Shown here one piece after another: positions 49,924-60,093 of a stretch of 64,000 nucleotides of DNA (its first letter is position 1; each line of letters starts with the position of its first letter). Location: positions 704,001-768,000 of the forward strand of contig CAVSAC010000014.1 of assembly GCA_963725865.1 (NCBI GenBank), written 5' to 3'. The position numbers and the translations under genes are program-made. This stretch comes from Candidatus Eiseniibacteriota bacterium. Lineage in GTDB: Bacteria > Eisenbacteria > RBG-16-71-46. The notes below the pieces were generated by a model. The model saw only the letters and a program-made list of their open reading frames with translations, did no database searches and was not told where the DNA came from.

Positions 49924-51549
49924 TCACCCCACCACGATCTCGCCGTCCTCGCCGAGGTCGAACCGCATCGCCAGCGGCTCCTTCGGCAGCCCCGGCATGC
50001 GCAGGATCTCGCCGGTGATCGGCACCAGGAATCCGGCACCGGCGGCGAGCTGGATCTCGCGCACCGTCACCAGGAAGTCCTTCGGGCGCCCGAGCAGCGC
50101 GGGGTTGTCGCTCAGCGACTGCTGGGTCTTCGCGATGCACACCGGCAGGCCGCCGAAGCCGAGCTTCTCCAACTGCGCCTTGTCGCGCCGGGCGCGCGGG
50201 GCGTAGTCCACCGCCTCGGCGCCGTACATCTCGCTCGCGATCGTGAGGATCTTCTGCTCGATCGGCGCGGCCCAGTCGTAGAGCGGCCGGTAGCCCGCCT
50301 CCGTGCGCTGGGCGAGCGACCACACCACCTCCGCCAGCTCGCGCGCGCCCTCGCCGCCCGCGGTGAAGCCGCGGGTCACCACCGCCGGCAGGCCGAGCAC
50401 GTCGCAGTGGCGCTGCACCACCGCCACCTCGTCCGCGGTGTCGGTCGGGAAGTGGTTGATCGCGACCACGCAGCGCTGCTCGAACTTGCGGATGTTCTCG
50501 ACGTGCTTCTCGAGGTTCGCCAGTCCGCGCGCCACCGCGGCCGGATCGGGCTCGCTCACCTGCGGCAGCGGCACGCCGCCGTGCATCTTGAGCGCGCGCA
50601 GGGTGGCGACCAGCACCGTCAGCGACGGCGCGAAGCCGCCGTAGCGGCAGTTGATGTCGAAGAACTTCTCGGCGCCCAGCTCGAACGCGAACCCGGCCTC
50701 GGTCACCACGCAGTCGGCGTAGGCGAGCGCCATGCGGGTGGCGTTGATCGAGTTGGTGCCGTGCGCGATGTTCGCGAACGGGCCTCCGTGCACGATCGCG
50801 GGCACCCCCTCGACGGTCTGCACCAGGTTGGGCTTGATCGCGTCCCTGAGCAGCGCCGCCATCGCGCCGACCGCGCGCAGCTCGGTGGCGTGCACGGTGG
50901 TCCCGTCGGCGCGGAAGCCCACGACGATGCGGCCGAGGCGCTCCTTGAGATCCTTCACGTCCTTCGCCAGGCACAGGATCGCCATCACCTCGCTGGCTGC
51001 GGTGATGTCGAAGCCGGTCTCGCGCGGGATGCCCTCGCTGCGGCCGCCGAGCCCGATCACGATGTCGCGCAGCGCGCGGTCGTTCATGTCGAGCGCGCGC
51101 CGCCACAGGATGCGGCGCGAATCGAGCCCCAGCGCGTTGCCGTGGTGGAGATGGTTGTCCACCATCGCGGCGAGCAGGTTGTGCGCGCAGGTGACGGCGT
51201 GGATGTCGCCGTTGAAGTGCAGGTTGATGTCGTCGGCGGGCACCACCTGGGACTGGCCGCCGCCGGTGCCGCCGCCCTTGATGCCGAGGTAGGGCCCCAG
51301 CGAGGGCTCGCGGAGTGCAGCGACCGCGTGCACGCCGTTCTTCGCGAGCCCCTGAACCAGGCCCACGGTGGTGGTGGTCTTGCCCTCGCCCGCCGGGGTC
51401 GGCGTGATGGCGGAGACCAGGATCAGCCGGCCGCGGGGCGCGCGGCCGTCGAGCGCCCGCAGCGAGATCTTCGCCTTGTGGTGGCCGTAGGGCTCGAGGT
51501 GCGTCGGGTCGAGGCCGAGCGAATGCGCGACGTCCGAGATCGGTCTCAT
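49924..51549 (-). CDS. fhs: Formate--tetrahydrofolate ligase
   Basis: 'TPAGEGKTT', 'LREPSLGP', 'HGGPFANIAHG', 'VTEAGF', 'MPGLP'. Confidence 0.97.
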   Translation of the reverse strand: MRPISDVAHSLGLDPTHLEPYGHHKAKISLRALDGRAPRGRLILVSAITPTPAGEGKTTTTVGLVQGLAKNGVHAVAALREPSLGPYLGIKGGGTGGGQSQVVPADDINLHFNGDIHAVTCAHNLLAAMVDNHLHHGNALGLDSRRILWRRALDMNDRALRDIVIGLGGRSEGIPRETGFDITAASEVMAILCLAKDVKDLKERLGRIVVGFRADGTTVHATELRAVGAMAALLRDAIKPNLVQTVEGVPAIVHGGPFANIAHGTNSINATRMALAYADCVVTEAGFAFELGAEKFFDINCRYGGFAPSLTVLVATLRALKMHGGVPLPQVSEPDPAAVARGLANLEKHVENIRKFEQRCVVAINHFPTDTADEVAVVQRHCDVLGLPAVVTRGFTAGGEGARELAEVVWSLAQRTEAGYRPLYDWAAPIEQKILTIASEMYGAEAVDYAPRARRDKAQLEKLGFGGLPVCIAKTQQSLSDNPALLGRPKDFLVTVREIQLAAGAGFLVPITGEILRMPGLPKEPLAMRFDLGEDGEIVVG

Positions 51550-51601
51550 CGACGCGCGACTATAGCCGAACGCACGCGTCCCCGCAGCGCGCGGCGGACG
51601 A

Positions 51602-52303
51602 TCAGCGGACGATCAGCGGCTCCAGTCGCGACTCCGCGAGCGGCGCCCCGCCGCGCAGCGCGCGCACGCTCACCAGCAGCGTCTCGTCGTGCGCGATCGC
51701 CGCCAGCCGCTCGGGCGCGAACACGAACACGGTGTCGCGCGCCGCGTCGAGGCGCGTGAGCGGCTCCAGCGTGGCCGAGAACACCTGCACCTCGTAGCGC
51801 TCGGCCGCCGGGACCGCCGACCAGCGGAGCCGCGCGCCGCCCTCGGGCGCACGCGCCTGCACCGCGAGGCGCAGGACGTCAGCCTCGTCGCCGCGCATCA
51901 CCGACTCCTCAGGAACCGCCGCGGGGCCTCCGCGCGGCGCGCGCATCACGATCGTCACCAGCGCCACCCCGCCGGCCAGCACCAGCACCGACGCCATCGC
52001 CAGCGCGGGGGCCGCCACCGGCGAGCGCCACCAGGCGCGCAGCCGCTCGCCGAGCGAATCGGAGGCCGGATGGGAGCGGACGACGGCGCCCGCGACCTCG
52101 CGGTCGAGGAAGGTGCCGAGCCGCGCGTCGGCGTCCTGCAGGTCGCGCGCGGGCACCTCGGGCGGCGCGGCGATGAACGCGTGGTACTCCACGAGTCGCG
52201 CGCGACAGCGCGGGCAGCCGTCCACGTGGGCGCGGCGCGGATCGCCCGGGCGGACGTCCGTGAGAGCCGCCAGCTCGGCCTCGGTGTGACAACGCTCGCT
52301 CAT
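51602..52303 (-). CDS. Zinc-finger (ZAS) anti-sigma factor with TM and extracytoplasmic domain
   Basis: 'CH...HVDGCPRC' HxxxCxxC, one TM, beta-rich C-terminus; ATGA overlap with sigma. Confidence 0.85.
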   Translation of the reverse strand: MSERCHTEAELAALTDVRPGDPRRAHVDGCPRCRARLVEYHAFIAAPPEVPARDLQDADARLGTFLDREVAGAVVRSHPASDSLGERLRAWWRSPVAAPALAMASVLVLAGGVALVTIVMRAPRGGPAAVPEESVMRGDEADVLRLAVQARAPEGGARLRWSAVPAAERYEVQVFSATLEPLTRLDAARDTVFVFAPERLAAIAHDETLLVSVRALRGGAPLAESRLEPLIVR

Positions 52304-52890
52304 CGCCCGCCTCCCATGGGCTCCTCGCCGAGCACGGACCGCAACTTGCGGCGCGCGCTCTGCAGTACCCCGCGCGCACCCGAGGCGCTCGTCAGCCCGA
52401 GCACGCGCGTGATCTCCTCCACCGGCATGCGCTCGACGCAGCGCAGCCAGAGCGCATCCTGCTCGCGCGCGTCCAGGTGCGCGCGGATCAACTCGAGCAC
52501 CCGCTCTTCCTCGTCGCGCTGCTCCATCACCTCGTCGGGGCCCGGCGCCGGATCGATCACCTCGTCCAGCTCCGCCCCGTCGTCGCGCGTCAGCCGAACC
52601 GGGCGCATGGCCCGGATGCAGCGATGGCGCGTGATGGTGAACAGCCACGCCGAGAACGGTGCCCGCCCTTCGAATCCCGGCAGCGCCCGGTAAGCGCTCA
52701 GCAGCACGTCCTGCGCGAGATCGAGCGCATGCTCGTGCTCGCGCACGAACCGCCGGCACCACAGGTAAACGCGTTGCCGGTACCGCCCCAGCAGTTCCGC
52801 CGCCGCGCCCCGTCCGCTGGCCGAGTCGGGCGCGCGGCGCGCGCGCTGGACCAACTCGTCCTCCGTCAGGTGACGCAGATCGGCTCTCAT
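52300..52890 (-). CDS. ECF sigma-70 factor
   Basis: 'DLAQDVLLSAY', 'FSAWLFTITRH', region 4 'EEITRVLG...ARRKL'; start may be 52908. Confidence 0.93.
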   Translation of the reverse strand: MRADLRHLTEDELVQRARRAPDSASGRGAAAELLGRYRQRVYLWCRRFVREHEHALDLAQDVLLSAYRALPGFEGRAPFSAWLFTITRHRCIRAMRPVRLTRDDGAELDEVIDPAPGPDEVMEQRDEEERVLELIRAHLDAREQDALWLRCVERMPVEEITRVLGLTSASGARGVLQSARRKLRSVLGEEPMGGGR

Positions 52891-52918
52891 GGAAGGGGAG
52901 TCTCCCATGCCCGGGGAA

Positions 52919-55678
52919 TCACAGGCCACTTTTCCCCGGGGCCCGCCGGGCGACGAGCGCCCGCCACCCGAACCCCAGCGCCGGCAGCAGCGCCAGCCCC
53001 AGCACCACCCACCACCCGACGGGTGGCCGTGCAGTGAGGGCCACCCGGGTGGTGCCCTCGCCCACCAGCACGAAGCCGGCCCATTCGAACGGCCGCGCGC
53101 TCAGCGGCTGGTCGCGCATCGCGGCCTGCGCGCTCCGCAGCGCGGAGGCGGCGTCCTCGCCCCGCGCGAGCCGGGCGTAGAACGCGGTGCTGAAGCGCTC
53201 GGCGAGCCGGTCGTCGACCGGCCACAGCGTCACCACCACGGCCGGCACGCCGGCACTCAGGAACGCCGCCGAGAGTCCGCGCACGCCCTCGCCCGACCGG
53301 GTCAGCCCGCCGGCCGAGGTGCACCCGGCCAGCACCGCCAGCCGTGCGGCGAGCGGGATCGCGGAGATCTCGCCGGCCCGCAGCCACACGTCGCGCCCGC
53401 CGCCCGCCGCCAGGAACACGCCGGAATTCCACGGTCGCTGGTCGTCGACCACGGTGTGCGCCGCCACGTGGAGCACGTCGAAGCGTGGCAGCTCGGCGAG
53501 CGCCAGCGGGGCGCCCTCGGGTCCGCCGAGCACGCGGATCTCCACGCCGCCGAAGTGTGCGCCCAGCGCGCGCACCTCGCGCACCGCGCCCGCCAGGGGA
53601 TGCCCGCGATCGTCGCGCGAGCCCGCCACCGCCAGCATGCCGTGCCCGCGGGGCGGACCGCGGCGCGCGCGCAGCGCGACCAGCAGCGTGGCCGAGGGCA
53701 CCCGCCAGACGTCGCGCCGCGCCGCCAGCGCGCGTTCGTCGCCGGGCACCGGGAGCCACTCGAGCGGGATGCGATTGAGCCCGCCGTCGGGGACCAGCAC
53801 CACCGCCCGGGCGCCGCGCACCCGGGCGGCCACGTCGCGATAGAGCGCCGCGCCGAACGCCGCCGCCGCGCGCTCGCGAAGCGCCGCGTGCATCGCGTCG
53901 TTGCGGGGGTCGGCGAACAGCTCGCGCAGCAGCTCCGCGCGCCGTGTCAGCGCGGGACCGGGCGGCAGCCGCGCCATCGAGAGGCCGGCCCGGTCGACCG
54001 CGAACACGAGCGCCGAGTCGGGGCCGACGAAGAAATCGAGCAGCACCTCGCCCGGCGCGAGGCTCGCCATCAGTTCCTCGGCGCGCACCGGCGCGCGAGC
54101 CCCGGCGAGGGGATCGCGCCCGGGGCCGGTCATGCGCTCGAGCAGCGTGCGCGCCTTGAACCGCTGCAGCAGGTCGAACGCCTCGCGCACCGCAACGGGG
54201 CCACCGACTTCCAGCGCCAGGTCGATGCGTTCGGCCACGATCTCGAGCCCGTCCTGGCTGCGGCGCTCGCGCCACTCCGGATCGCGCGGCACCTGGCGCG
54301 CGGCCTCCCACAGCGCCGCGGCCTGCGCGAACGCCAACCGCGCGGAGTCGCGCGCGCCGAGCGCGCGCCATGCGCGCCCGGCCGCCGCCAGCGCCGACAC
54401 TCGCAGGTCGGCGGCTCCCATCTGCACGGCGAGGGCATCCGCCCGGAGCGCGAACGGCAGCGCCTCCTGCGCGCGATCCTGTCGCAGCAGCACCCGCGCG
54501 ATCCGCTCGTCGAGGCTGCCGGCCGCGGCGACGGAGAGCCCGGGCCGCGCCCGCTCGCGCGTCAGCAGCGCGCGCGCCGCGTCGAGGCGGCCGAGCGCCA
54601 CGAGCGTGCCGGCCGCATCGTCGATCGCCCCGTACCGCAGCGTCTGCGGCAGCGAGTCCAGTTGCGCCAGCACCCGCACGTGCTGGTTCCACGCGTCGTC
54701 GAGCCGGCCGAGCGAGCGGTACGCGGTGCCCAGCCGCGAGCGCGTCTCGACCTCCTCGCCGCGCAGGCCGGCGGCATGGCAGGCGGCGAGCAGCGAGTCG
54801 AGCCCGGCGATCGCCTCGTCGTAACGCCCGAGCGCGAGCAGCGCGAGTGCGACGTTGGTGCGGGTCGTGGCGGAGGCCTGCAGCGCCGAGCGGCCGGCCC
54901 GCAGCGCCAGCGCGCGGCGCCAATAGGCCATCGCGAGCCCGGGGTCGCCGACCGTGTACTCCACCACGCCGAGGTTGTTGTTGACCGCCGCCTCGCCCAT
55001 CCAGTCGCCGCCGCCGTGCGACTCGCGCAGCATCTCGAGGTACATGCGACGTTCGCCGTCGAAGTCTCCGAGCGCCTCGAGCACCCGCGCCAGTCCGATC
55101 GACGCCTGGCGCGCGCCGGGCTGGTCGCCGGCGCGCCGCAGCGCCGCGATCGAGTGGCGATAGCCGCGCCGGGCCTCGGCGAGGCGGCCGGTCAGGAGCG
55201 CGTCGTACGCGATCCCCATGTGGGCATAGCCGACGTCCGACCACAGCCCCAGCGGTTCGGCCAGCACCAGCAGGCGCTGGTAGAGCGGCGTGGACTGCTC
55301 GAACCGGTTGCGCTGGAGGTAGCTGAACGCGAGCCAGCGCAGCGCCCGGCAGCCCACCGCGGAATCGCCGCTCGCGAACGATCGCTCCATCGCCGCGCGC
55401 GCGGCGGGCTCCGCCCGCTCGGGGTGTCCGGTGAGCGCCTGCGCGCCGGCGAACAGCGCGAGCGCGCGCACGCGGATCCGCACGTCGCCGCCGCGCTCGC
55501 TCGCGTGCACCATCGAGTCGGCGAGCGCCAGGCACTCGCGCAGGTGACCGGCGGCGAGCAGGCTGTCGGCGACTGCGATCACGCGCGCGGCCGCCGTGCC
55601 GGAGGGTGGCGGCACGGCGCCCGCCGCGGGCGCGGCGGCGAGAACGAGCAGGGCGAGCGAGCGGACGAGGACGCGCAT
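52919..55678 (-). CDS. Exported TPR-CHAT (caspase-like) protease with C-terminal membrane anchor
   Basis: Signal peptide; TPRs; 'LVPDGGL', 'LHVAAH', 'VLAGC', 'GEGVRGL', 'TLWPVDD', 'WAGF'; C-terminal TM followed by basic residues. Confidence 0.92.
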   Translation of the reverse strand: MRVLVRSLALLVLAAAPAAGAVPPPSGTAAARVIAVADSLLAAGHLRECLALADSMVHASERGGDVRIRVRALALFAGAQALTGHPERAEPAARAAMERSFASGDSAVGCRALRWLAFSYLQRNRFEQSTPLYQRLLVLAEPLGLWSDVGYAHMGIAYDALLTGRLAEARRGYRHSIAALRRAGDQPGARQASIGLARVLEALGDFDGERRMYLEMLRESHGGGDWMGEAAVNNNLGVVEYTVGDPGLAMAYWRRALALRAGRSALQASATTRTNVALALLALGRYDEAIAGLDSLLAACHAAGLRGEEVETRSRLGTAYRSLGRLDDAWNQHVRVLAQLDSLPQTLRYGAIDDAAGTLVALGRLDAARALLTRERARPGLSVAAAGSLDERIARVLLRQDRAQEALPFALRADALAVQMGAADLRVSALAAAGRAWRALGARDSARLAFAQAAALWEAARQVPRDPEWRERRSQDGLEIVAERIDLALEVGGPVAVREAFDLLQRFKARTLLERMTGPGRDPLAGARAPVRAEELMASLAPGEVLLDFFVGPDSALVFAVDRAGLSMARLPPGPALTRRAELLRELFADPRNDAMHAALRERAAAAFGAALYRDVAARVRGARAVVLVPDGGLNRIPLEWLPVPGDERALAARRDVWRVPSATLLVALRARRGPPRGHGMLAVAGSRDDRGHPLAGAVREVRALGAHFGGVEIRVLGGPEGAPLALAELPRFDVLHVAAHTVVDDQRPWNSGVFLAAGGGRDVWLRAGEISAIPLAARLAVLAGCTSAGGLTRSGEGVRGLSAAFLSAGVPAVVVTLWPVDDRLAERFSTAFYARLARGEDAASALRSAQAAMRDQPLSARPFEWAGFVLVGEGTTRVALTARPPVGWWVVLGLALLPALGFGWRALVARRAPGKSGL

Positions 55679-55717
55679 GGATGGGAGGTGCGCCGCAGCG
55701 AGAGCGGTGGCGCCCGC

Positions 55718-55746
55718 ATCCTCGGGGGGTGGCGCTCCGGCGTCAA
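55718..55746 (-). promoter_or_regulatory. Probable sigma70-type promoter of the CHAT-sigma-anti-sigma unit
   Basis: Minus strand TTGACG-N17-GAGGAT. Confidence 0.45.
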
Positions 55747-55899
55747 GACCCCGATGCGTCGCCGCGCGGTCGCGACGTGATCCAGGGCGACGCGCCTGGA
55801 CCTCGCGACGGCCCCCGCGTACACTGCGCAGCGGTTTCTCCCCTCGTGGCTCATCAGGATCCGCTGGTACCCCCCGTGCCCGTCGCCGGAGACTGTTCC

Positions 55900-56379
55900 A
55901 TGCCCGCTGGGATCTCGCTGTTCTTCCACCTGCTGTTTGCGTTCGTGTTCGTCGGTGCCGTGCTGAGCGCCCACTGGAACGTCTTCGCCGCGCGTCGCAC
56001 CACCGACTGGTCCCGCCGGGCCGTCCTGCTGGAAGCCAACGCCCGCGCGACGATGCGGTTCGGCCTCTCGTCGCTGGTCCTGCTCGCGGTGGTCGGGAAC
56101 GTCACCGCGATGGCGCTCGACCACCGCGTGGCGACCAGCGCCTGGCTGTGGATGGCGAATGGCCTGTGGCTGCTGCTGCTGGCCGCGGGCGTCTTCGACC
56201 TCGGAGCGGCGCGCCGACTGGCCGCGTTCGCCGCCGCGACCGCCACCGGGGGCCCGGTGCCCGGCGGCGCGCCCGCGAGCTACGAAGCCGCGCTCGGACG
56301 CTGGCGGCTCTCGAACGCGCTCCTGCTCGCGGGCTTCCTCGCCTTCCTCGCCCTGATGGTGTTCCGTTGGCGCTCCTAG
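55900..56379 (+). CDS. Four-TM membrane protein (DUF2269-like)
   Basis: Four hydrophobic segments, His in TM1, ends 'LMVFRW'. Confidence 0.65.
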   Translation: MPAGISLFFHLLFAFVFVGAVLSAHWNVFAARRTTDWSRRAVLLEANARATMRFGLSSLVLLAVVGNVTAMALDHRVATSAWLWMANGLWLLLLAAGVFDLGAARRLAAFAAATATGGPVPGGAPASYEAALGRWRLSNALLLAGFLAFLALMVFRWRS

Positions 56380-57173
56380 GCGCGACCTTCGCTGCGCCCT
56401 CCGGCGGTCCCGAGCTGCGCGCGCTGGTCGCCGGCTTCGTGCTCATGGTGATGGGGTTGGCGGCGCTCACGCTGCGGCGCGATCGTCACGAGCCGCTGCG
56501 CTCGGGTGCCTCCACGCGCCGCGCGCTGGCGTACGCGCTGGTCTACGGCCTGTGCTCGGCGTGCTTCGCGCGCCTGGTGGCGCCCGCGCTGCTCGGGAAC
56601 ATGCACTCGGTCTGGCTCTATGCGCTGGGCGACGTGATGTTCGTCACGCTCTCGCTGTTCGTGTGGGTGATGACGCTGGCGGAGGACTTCCGGCTCTCCG
56701 AGCTCGGCTTCCGCGGCGCGGCGCCGCTGCGCTTCCTGCTGGCCACCGCGCTGGGACTGCTGGCGGCGGGCTTCTACGCGTTCGGGCCGCTGCGCGAGCT
56801 GGTGATCCGCGGGGTGAGCACCAATCCCGACGCGCTCGTGTTCTCGGTGCTGGCGGCCCTGGTCGGCTCGGCGCTGCCCGAGGAGGTGCTGTTCCGCGGC
56901 TATCTCATGGGCTCGCTCGACGGTCGCGCCCGCCGCTGGGCGCGCATCGCGCTCCCCGCGATGGCGTTCACGGTGGTACGCTCCGCGCGCTTCCTCCCCG
57001 GAGTGGACCTGAGTCCGGCCGACTGGTTCTTCTACGTGTTCGGGACCGCGCTGCCGCTCGGGCTGTGGTGGGGCGTCATGCGCGACCTGGCCGGTGGATC
57101 CATCTGGCCGAGCCTGATCTCACACGTCGCGCTGGAGCTCAGCGTCACGCTGGCCGCCGCGAGCCACGTCTGA
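56367..57173 (+). CDS. CPBP (CAAX/Abi) intramembrane metalloprotease-like protein
   Basis: 'PEEVLFRGYL', 'GGSIWPSLISH'; start uncertain. Confidence 0.8.
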   Translation: MALLGATFAAPSGGPELRALVAGFVLMVMGLAALTLRRDRHEPLRSGASTRRALAYALVYGLCSACFARLVAPALLGNMHSVWLYALGDVMFVTLSLFVWVMTLAEDFRLSELGFRGAAPLRFLLATALGLLAAGFYAFGPLRELVIRGVSTNPDALVFSVLAALVGSALPEEVLFRGYLMGSLDGRARRWARIALPAMAFTVVRSARFLPGVDLSPADWFFYVFGTALPLGLWWGVMRDLAGGSIWPSLISHVALELSVTLAAASHV

Positions 57174-57225
57174 CATCGACCGTTCACAGCGGGGGCCCCG
57201 AGTCTCCGCGGGAGGCCCGTCCATC

Positions 57226-59862
57226 ATGCTCCGGCCCCTCGGCCGCATCGCGAGGCGCGCGGCTGCGCTCGTCGCGGCGCTGTGCATCCTCGCCCCCGGC
57301 GCGCGCGCCGCGGTCTCCGAGCACGCGCCGGCCCTGAAGGCGCTCCAGCTCCGCCTGCTGCGCGAGGAGATGCACGAACGCGCCGAGCGCGCCGAGCGGA
57401 CGCGCCGCGCCGCCCTGGGGCACCCGACCTCCGCGCGCCCACGCGGGCCGTCCGCCATCGGCTCGACGAGCGGCGTTCCGGGCCGCTCGGGCGCTCCCGC
57501 GCGCGAGGCCGCCACGTCGCGCGCCGGCGCGCGGGCGCGCGCCCCCCGCGAGGGCGAGGTGCCGGGGCCCGACGGCCGACTCGCGAGCACGCTGGCGACG
57601 ATCCGGCCGCTGGCGGCCGCCGCGCTGGCTCCCAACGTGCGCGCCAACGACCCCGCCGGCGAGGTCGCGGGCACCTGCCAGTCCGAGACCGCGATCGTGG
57701 CCGACGGACTCCACGTTCTGGTGGCCTGGAACGACGGCGCGGGGACCGACACCCAGGGCTACGCGTGGTCGGTCGATGGCGGCGACACCTTCACCGACGG
57801 CGGAGTGCCGCCCAAGGCCACGAGCTGGCGCTGGGCGAGCGATCCGGTGCTCGCGGTCGACGAGCGCACGCATGCGTTCTACTTCTGCGCGCTCATCGAC
57901 GTCGGCCTGGCGCAGAATGGGATCGGCATCGTGCGGGCCACGTTCGCCGGGGGCACGCTGCTGTGGGACACCCCGCACCTGGTGGCGGTGGGCGACAACA
58001 GCACGGTGGCCTACGACAAGCAGTGGCTCGCCGTGGACACCACCACGCACGTCGTGCACGTCGTGTACACGCGCTTCTCGATGACCGACGGCGGCGACCA
58101 GATCGAGTACCTGCGCTCGCTCGACGGGGGAACCTCGTGGGGGAGCCGCGCGGTGCTCTCGGACGTGGCGCTGCCCGGCAACGGCGGCGAATACGGCAGC
58201 GTGCAGGGCGCGCGGGTGGTCGCGAACCAGGGCCGCGTCACCGCCATGTACTACTCGATCGGCGGCGTCGCGGCCGACTTCTTCAAGGTGCGCCGGTCGA
58301 TCGACGGTGGCGCCACCTGGGCCCCGCGCGTGACGGCGGCGAGCGTGTTCTCGAACTTCGCGTCGGGCGCGCCGGGCTTCAATCGCGGCCTCGGGATCGA
58401 CTTCGCGGGGATGGCGCTCGACCGCAGCGCCGCCCACCCGGGGCGCGTGTACCTCGCGTGGCCGGAGGCGGTGGACTTCTATGCCGACGCGCTCGGCGAT
58501 GCGGGCCCGCGCTCGGAGGTCGAGACCAACGCCACGCCGGCGACCGCCACCCCGTTCGTGCCCGGCCAGACACTGCGTGGCAGCGTCGGCGCGACCGGCG
58601 ATCTCGCGGACTACTGGCAGTTCACTGGCACGCCGGGACAGACGCTGGTGTGCTTCGTCGACTCGATCTCGACCGCGCTCGACGGCTGGCTGCGCCTGTA
58701 CTGCGCCGACGGCACGCGGCGGCTGGCGCTGTCGGTGCCGGGCGCGGGCTCCAGCATCGGCGCCACGCTGGTCTTCAGCCTGCCGGCGAGCGGCACCTAC
58801 TACCTGAGGATCGCGGCCAACAGCGGGCAGGGCGGCTACCGATTGCGCACCGGATTCCACGTGCCGATCGCGACGGACCGCGCGCGGGACCATCGCGACG
58901 TGTTCGTCTCGTGGAGCGACGACGGCACCACCTGGGCCTCTCCGGTGCGCGTGAACGACGGGCCCGCGGGATTCGACGACTGGCTCCCGGAGGTCGCGGT
59001 CGATGCCGTCGGTGCGGTTCACGTGGCCTGGTACGACTGGCGCGATTCACCCGCCGGCACCTGCGGCGGCGAGTCTCATCTCTACCTCGCGCAGTCGATC
59101 GACGGCGGGACCACCTGGACCACGCGCGGCGCGGTCAGCGACGCGCTCAGCGACTGGAACGCCGTGAACAGCAACCTGGCACCGAACCAGGGCGACTACC
59201 TCGCCCTCTACGCGGACGCCTCGTCGGTGTTCGCCGCGTGGTCCGACGGGCGCAGCGGCGGAACCGCGGGCAGCTCGCCCGACGTGTACGCCGCGCGCAT
59301 GACGTTCGCGCCGCTCCCCGTCACGGTCACGCTGGTCGGCGCGAGCGCGACCTCGAGCCGGATCACCGTGCAGTGGGTCGTCTCCTCCGCCGTGCGAACG
59401 GCCACCGCCTACCGCAGCATCGACGGCGGCCCGTGGGTCTCGCTCGGCGCGCGCACGCCGGACGCCGACGGATTCCTGACGCTGGTCGACTCCGACGTCA
59501 CGCCCGGGACGCGCTACGACTACCGCCTCGGCGTCACGGACACCGGCGGGAGCGAGACGTTCTACGGGCAGACGTCGCTCGTGGTCCCGCTCTCGATCGC
59601 GCTCGCGATCGACCGCATCAGCCCCAATCCGGCCGCGCGCGAGATCCACGTGGCGTTCGTCCTGCCCGAGGCGAGCGTGGCGCGGCTGGAGTTGCTCGAC
59701 ATCGGCGGCCGCCTGGTGCGCTCGCTCGCCCTCGGAGCTCCCGGCCCGGGACCGCATACCGCCGACCTCGGCGCGGGCGCGGCGCTGCACGCGGGCGTCT
59801 ACCTGGTGCGCCTGGTGCAGGGCGACCGTTCCGTGAGCGCGCGGGTCACGATCGTGCCTTGA
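57226..59862 (+). CDS. Secreted Asp-box (sialidase-like) beta-propeller protein with inserted PPC-like domain and T9SS-like C-terminal domain
   Basis: Repeated SxDGGxTW; 'DKQW'; 'EVETNAT...DYWQF'; C-terminal 'SPNP...DIGGRLVR...AGVYLVRL'. Confidence 0.85.
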   Translation: MLRPLGRIARRAAALVAALCILAPGARAAVSEHAPALKALQLRLLREEMHERAERAERTRRAALGHPTSARPRGPSAIGSTSGVPGRSGAPAREAATSRAGARARAPREGEVPGPDGRLASTLATIRPLAAAALAPNVRANDPAGEVAGTCQSETAIVADGLHVLVAWNDGAGTDTQGYAWSVDGGDTFTDGGVPPKATSWRWASDPVLAVDERTHAFYFCALIDVGLAQNGIGIVRATFAGGTLLWDTPHLVAVGDNSTVAYDKQWLAVDTTTHVVHVVYTRFSMTDGGDQIEYLRSLDGGTSWGSRAVLSDVALPGNGGEYGSVQGARVVANQGRVTAMYYSIGGVAADFFKVRRSIDGGATWAPRVTAASVFSNFASGAPGFNRGLGIDFAGMALDRSAAHPGRVYLAWPEAVDFYADALGDAGPRSEVETNATPATATPFVPGQTLRGSVGATGDLADYWQFTGTPGQTLVCFVDSISTALDGWLRLYCADGTRRLALSVPGAGSSIGATLVFSLPASGTYYLRIAANSGQGGYRLRTGFHVPIATDRARDHRDVFVSWSDDGTTWASPVRVNDGPAGFDDWLPEVAVDAVGAVHVAWYDWRDSPAGTCGGESHLYLAQSIDGGTTWTTRGAVSDALSDWNAVNSNLAPNQGDYLALYADASSVFAAWSDGRSGGTAGSSPDVYAARMTFAPLPVTVTLVGASATSSRITVQWVVSSAVRTATAYRSIDGGPWVSLGARTPDADGFLTLVDSDVTPGTRYDYRLGVTDTGGSETFYGQTSLVVPLSIALAIDRISPNPAAREIHVAFVLPEASVARLELLDIGGRLVRSLALGAPGPGPHTADLGAGAALHAGVYLVRLVQGDRSVSARVTIVP

Positions 59863-60093
59863 GGAGTGACCCGCGAATCGGTCGGCGGACCTGCAACCGC
59901 CCGGCAGGGGCGGGGATGCGGGCATCTTGCACTCCGCGACGGGATTTCGCGCCGCGCGCGTGCTCAGGTATCCCGGCGGGCGTCCGCGACACCTATGTTT
60001 GAGGATGGCCTCGGGATTGCTGCTCTCGGTAGAATCGTGCATCGAAGTTCCCACACCAGGTCCCATCTCGACCACCGCCTTCGGAGGACACCC

